Below, piece after piece: positions 16,039 to 20,000 of a stretch of DNA of 20,000 nt. Position 1 is the stretch's first letter. Each line of letters begins with the position of its first letter. The notes beneath the pieces were generated by a model. That model was not told where the DNA came from and did not search any database. It was given only the letters and a program-made list of their open reading frames with translations. This DNA comes from an uncultured Candidatus Peribacteria bacterium (GTDB lineage Bacteria > Patescibacteriota > Gracilibacteria > RBG-16-42-10), in NCBI GenBank assembly GCA_964514565.1, contig CAZERA010000002.1, positions 112,111 through 132,110 on the forward strand, in the 5' to 3' direction. A program made the position numbers and the translations under genes.

Positions 16039-17004
16039 ATGCAGGTGAATACGGACACGGAACATTTTGCGAGATTATCAGAAGAAGTACAGAAAATAGT
16101 ACGCACAATGAAATGGCGGCACATTTACGGAATGGAACTTCTAAAGTTTGGCCTCAAACTTATTGGTTTTGCTCTTTTTTTCTGGCTCTTTTCTCAAACT
16201 ACTATTTTAGGAAAAATCCTAGGAATGTTGGGTATGGCTTACTTTTTTGTCAGTATTAGTATTAGTGGCATTCATGAAGCAAGACATGGCACTTTTGCCA
16301 AATCACCTCTTGTCAACCGGATTTGGGGTTATGTCTTTTCTGATTTTTGGACCGGACAGAGTAATGAATGGTGGCACGACACGCATGTTTTGATTCATCA
16401 TCCAAACACCAATATCCCCAGCATCAATCCCCCTTCATTTTATTTTCCTTGGGTCAATCGCTATGCTTATTTTTTTGCTGTCCCTTACTTAATCCTTCCC
16501 TGGATAGTAGCGGGTAGTTTGAAGCATGTATGGAAGCAATGGGACAAATTATCACTTTATATTATGTGCTTGGTGAGTGGTATTTTGGCCCAGCTCAGCT
16601 TATTTCTACTCGTACTGCCATTGGGTTACGCATTACTAAGTGTTTATCTCTTTAGAAGCTTATTTGCACCACTTTTCATGCATTTAGCAGTTTTCAATCA
16701 CGTCGGATTGGCTACTCCTAAGAAACGATTACCATGGTTAGAACATCAATTAAAAACCACTAGAAATATTAAACACCACTGGTTCTTGAGTGGCATGGGC
16801 GGCAATGCATTTGTAGAGTGTCATACTGAGCATCACATCTTCCCCAATCTCTCTAATCACATACTCAAAAAAATCCGCCCCCTAGTGAAGGAATACATCG
16901 AGAGAATTGGCTTTCCTTACTACGAGGACACTTATTTCCATGTACTCAAAGAGGCTTTAAGAGACTACGACAAGGTATTTACTCTGCAACCAGAAGGAGG
17001 TTAG
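16039..17004 (+). CDS. Membrane fatty acid desaturase family protein (delta-6-like subfamily)
   Basis: His boxes HEARH, WWHDTHVLIHH and HTEHHIFP, plus FNH and TTRN motifs and several TM helices. No cytochrome b5 domain. Start 16039 preferred over 15946. Confidence 0.88.
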   Translation: MQVNTDTEHFARLSEEVQKIVRTMKWRHIYGMELLKFGLKLIGFALFFWLFSQTTILGKILGMLGMAYFFVSISISGIHEARHGTFAKSPLVNRIWGYVFSDFWTGQSNEWWHDTHVLIHHPNTNIPSINPPSFYFPWVNRYAYFFAVPYLILPWIVAGSLKHVWKQWDKLSLYIMCLVSGILAQLSLFLLVLPLGYALLSVYLFRSLFAPLFMHLAVFNHVGLATPKKRLPWLEHQLKTTRNIKHHWFLSGMGGNAFVECHTEHHIFPNLSNHILKKIRPLVKEYIERIGFPYYEDTYFHVLKEALRDYDKVFTLQPEGG

Positions 17005-17435
17005 GGCTTCTTGATCCGATACAGATCAGGAGTTGTAATCCAGGCTGACATAGCACCAAAACCTTTTTTATTGATAGAAAATGGAACAATTTTCTTTACC
17101 TCTTCTAGAAAGATAAGAATACAAAATCTACGTGCAGCTACTTTTTGAAAGAAAGCGTACCATTCTCCCTCAAATAAACCAAGCTGTTTACCATACTGAT
17201 CAAGTAAACTTGCAACCTGAGTAGGATTTAAATCAGCGAAAAAAAGCACACGGGAGACTTGAGCTACCACCGTGACATATCCGCCAGTATCTTTAAAAAA
17301 CAATCGATCCCCCGCAGCAATCGCCTGCCATGGTCTTCGTTTTTGATTATACCACCGAAACTCAATCGTCTTAGTGCCAGCCTTGATACGGTCCAACCAA
17401 GGTAAATCCTTGCTCATGATTGCGAGATGATCCAC
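17001..17435 (-). CDS. ASCH domain (PUA-like) protein
   Basis: HLAIM....LDRIKAGTKTIEFR (GxKxxExR motif) and GDRLFF. Confidence 0.8.
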   Translation of the reverse strand: MDHLAIMSKDLPWLDRIKAGTKTIEFRWYNQKRRPWQAIAAGDRLFFKDTGGYVTVVAQVSRVLFFADLNPTQVASLLDQYGKQLGLFEGEWYAFFQKVAARRFCILIFLEEVKKIVPFSINKKGFGAMSAWITTPDLYRIKKP

Positions 17436-17650
17436 TTTTGAGTTAAGTAAAAAATAATATGGAAGAAGTAAGAAATAAAAGGATTACTTCCAGTAGTTAT
17501 AAGCTACTGAAGAACTTCTATGTTTAGCAAACGGCTAAGCACGATATTTTGCCACTGAAATTGCATATGTCATGGGAATTATTGAGTCAAACCAAACAAA
17601 ACTACAGATCTTTTGGCAAGAAGACGATACTGTGGGGCAAACTAATTGCT

Positions 17651-19012
17651 ATGAAGAAAAATCTAATTGAAAGGTTGGTAGAGATTCCAGCCAAGCTACT
17701 GGAAGGCACCGTAGAAGCTGCAGGTAAAGCAACAGGAGCTATCCCTGGCATGCGTCGTGTCAAAGAATACTGGCACACCTTAGGACCTGGTCTTACTACT
17801 GGCGCAGCAGATGATGATCCATCTGGTATTGCTACCTACTCCCAAGCCGGAGCTAAATATGGCTTTCAATTTTTGTGGCTTGCTGTATTCACTTTCCCTT
17901 TGATGGCATTGGTTCAAGAAATGTGTGCCCGCATTGGATTAGTCACGGGTAAAGGTTTGGCTGCCAATATCAGACTGCATTTCCCTAGACCAATTCTTTA
18001 TGCATGTACTATTCTGCTTTTCCTTGCCAATACCTTCAATATCGGCGCAGATCTAGGAGCAATGGCGCAAGCAATGCAGCTACTATTACCAGAGATACCA
18101 TTTGGTGTTTTTGTTTTCGGTTTTGCTTTAGTCAGTATTGGTCTCCAAATATTCACCCCCTACTCTCAATACGCCAAGTACCTCAAATGGCTAGCATTAG
18201 TATTATTGTCGTATATAGTATGCGCTGTCTTGATCGATCTTGACTGGCAGTCCATTGCTGTCCATGCCGTAATCCCATCGATTACCTTTTCCAAAGATCA
18301 AATTCTTCTAGTATGTGCAATCTTGGGAACAACTATTTCACCTTATCTTTTCTTTTGGCAAACCTCCCAAGAAGTAGAAGAGCGAATCTTGCAAGGCAAA
18401 ACAACAATCAAAGAACGCAAGAAAGCTAATAAAGAAGATATCAATCATATGCGGACGGATGTGTGGTCCGGAATGTTTCTTTCTAATCTAGTAATGTTCT
18501 TCATTATCGCTACTTGCGGGGCAGTACTGATGAGTAACGGTATCACTGACATTCAAACTTCAGCACAAGCGGCAGAAGCCTTGCGACCATTAGCCGGTAA
18601 TGCTAGCTATTTGCTTTTTGTGATTGGCATAGTAGGCACTGGTCTTTTGGCTATTCCAGTTCTAGCGGGCTCCAGCTCTTATGCTCTAGCTGAAAGCTTC
18701 AATTGGAAAATGGGTCTCTACCACAAGCTCAAAGAAGCCTATAGCTTTTATGGCGTGATCATTATCTCTATGATCATTGGCTTAGCTCTCAACTTTTGTA
18801 ATATTGATCCAATCCAAGCCCTGATTTCATCAGCAGTGATGAATGGTTTGATTGCTCCAATCGTATTGATTTTAATTGTGATTCTCAGTAGCAACAAAAA
18901 AGTAATGGCAAAGTGGAAGAATCATAAACTCACCACCATACTGGGATGGTTAGTAGTGATTATTATGAGTGTTGTGGGATTAGCCTCAATCTGGGCACTG
19001 TTGTTTGAGTAA
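17651..19012 (+). CDS. NRAMP/SLC11-related divalent metal transporter
   Basis: LGPGLTTGAADDDPSGIATYSQAGA, QEMCARIG and GTTISPYLFFWQ motifs with about 11 TM helices. ATG 17651 preferred over TTG 17549. Confidence 0.92.
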   Translation: MKKNLIERLVEIPAKLLEGTVEAAGKATGAIPGMRRVKEYWHTLGPGLTTGAADDDPSGIATYSQAGAKYGFQFLWLAVFTFPLMALVQEMCARIGLVTGKGLAANIRLHFPRPILYACTILLFLANTFNIGADLGAMAQAMQLLLPEIPFGVFVFGFALVSIGLQIFTPYSQYAKYLKWLALVLLSYIVCAVLIDLDWQSIAVHAVIPSITFSKDQILLVCAILGTTISPYLFFWQTSQEVEERILQGKTTIKERKKANKEDINHMRTDVWSGMFLSNLVMFFIIATCGAVLMSNGITDIQTSAQAAEALRPLAGNASYLLFVIGIVGTGLLAIPVLAGSSSYALAESFNWKMGLYHKLKEAYSFYGVIIISMIIGLALNFCNIDPIQALISSAVMNGLIAPIVLILIVILSSNKKVMAKWKNHKLTTILGWLVVIIMSVVGLASIWALLFE

Positions 19013-19030
19013 AAAGTTCACTCAATAACA

Positions 19031-19066
19031 AAAAAGCCTAACTGCATTAGTTCAGTTAGGCTTTTT
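19031..19066. terminator. Bidirectional intrinsic terminator
   Basis: aaaaagcctaactg-cattagtt-cagttaggcttttt between convergent genes. Confidence 0.85.
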
Positions 19067-19079
19067 ATTTAGTTATCAA

Positions 19080-19724
19080 TTACTTCAACAACTTCAGAGA
19101 AAGTAAAATAGAACGCTCTTCAGCAGACAGAGCTTGCTCACTGTCTTTGTAGTTGAACAAAATAGTATACAAACCAGTGCCTTTTTCTACATAGACTCCA
19201 TAGCTAGTAGATACACCTGACGTTGTCACTACTTTGGCAGGAAGTCCGTCTAGAGTCATGTCACCAACCACTGTTAATTCATGGTCTTTTTGAAGTAATT
19301 CAGTCAGATTTTTAGCGCCAAGATTTTGAGTGATATTATCAACTTCCTCTGCAACAGTAGGATAATAAGAGATCACCACATCTGGCCAGACAGGATTACC
19401 ATCACCAATAGTAGGATCACTTTCGGCCTTTTCTTTGCGAGCAGTAGTCTCAGGACTAAATATCTCGACATGAGTATCAGAGAATTGATTAAAATCCCAG
19501 CTTTGAGGATATGAAAAAGAAAAAGGAGTACCAGTACTAGTGTATTCAACCATAGCGATCTTGCCGATAGGAGGTGCAATAGTAACCACTGGAAGAGCTG
19601 TCACGGTTGAGGTAGCGGTGGCAGTGGGCATTGGAATCGGTTTCATAGTAGCCACTTCACCACAACCAGATAGCATTAGTAATGAAGAACCTGCCAACAA
19701 TAAAGCACGAAGAGTAGTACGCAT
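19080..19724 (-). CDS. Putative lipoprotein with a Pro/Thr linker and a PsbP-like domain
   Basis: Signal peptide with lipobox LSGC, PT-rich linker, and FSFSYPQSW and TLDGLPA motifs. Confidence 0.7.
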   Translation of the reverse strand: MRTTLRALLLAGSSLLMLSGCGEVATMKPIPMPTATATSTVTALPVVTIAPPIGKIAMVEYTSTGTPFSFSYPQSWDFNQFSDTHVEIFSPETTARKEKAESDPTIGDGNPVWPDVVISYYPTVAEEVDNITQNLGAKNLTELLQKDHELTVVGDMTLDGLPAKVVTTSGVSTSYGVYVEKGTGLYTILFNYKDSEQALSAEERSILLSLKLLK

Positions 19725-19907
19725 AAAAAGAGGTTAAATCTCTCCTATCCTAACATATCCATGTTCTATTCTTAAAAATGCAGTCAAACTGAAATAAGCC
19801 ACCAGCTAGAGAGATACTGATAGTTACGATTAAACGGTTTCTAATCCTTATACTTATCCTTCGAGCACAAAAATCTGACTATAAGCAAAGTACGCTCAAG
19901 GATCAGG

Positions 19908-20000
19908 ATGAGGATAAGACGAGTCACCTATGGTGCTCGTTGGCGGAGAGTAGTAGACAAAGTTAGAACTATCATCGAGGACGATCATACAGCATTTGGT
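19908..20000 (+). CDS. 5' end of a probable gene (possibly an ion transporter/K+ channel), truncated by the window edge
   Basis: ATG 19908 is open to the edge: MRIRRVTYGARWRRVVDKVRTIIEDDHTAFG. The IIEDDHTAFG segment resembles the pre-S1 region of bacterial ion_trans proteins, but only 31 codons are visible. Confidence 0.4.
   Translation, partial: MRIRRVTYGARWRRVVDKVRTIIEDDHTAFG

Noticed and set aside
245..19737. Numerous short overlapping ORFs in the track (e.g. 245-454, 859-1095, 1312-1761, 3677-3973, 9238-9468, 10071-10382, 13020-13292, 19540-19737)
   Set aside because: They are shadow or off-frame readings within well-supported genes and show no recognisable motifs.
1..20000. Alternative genetic code (UGA=Gly as in Gracilibacteria/Absconditabacteria, or UGA=Trp)
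   Set aside because: All long conserved genes translate uninterrupted in code 11, and yidD ends on TGA at the expected position.

Overview
This is a gene-dense bacterial chromosomal window using the standard genetic code (table 11). It most resembles a Patescibacteria (CPR) genome. That is an inference from the absence of Shine-Dalgarno motifs, the divergent L33/L34 proteins and the gene order. Housekeeping content: rpmG, tRNA-Trp(CCA), a class A penicillin-binding protein with C-terminal Ig-like domains, nusA with a Lys/Ala-rich tail, and a rpmH-rnpA-yidD-yidC-jag-mraY operon. Accessory content: two unrelated membrane fatty-acid desaturases, a CrtQ/HpnB-like GT2 glycosyltransferase, a degenerate PurN-like formyltransferase, an NRAMP-family transporter, an ASCH protein, a lipoprotein, a bactofilin-like membrane protein and orphan ORFs. 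Three genes are missing from the ORF track: rpmH and the two edge-truncated genes. One membrane-protein gene appears frameshifted. I saw no CRISPR array, mobile element or prophage. The best candidate for new biology is a dispersed lipid-remodelling toolkit (two desaturases plus a lipid-type glycosyltransferase) in a lineage thought not to make its own fatty acids. This is a hypothesis, not a demonstrated system.
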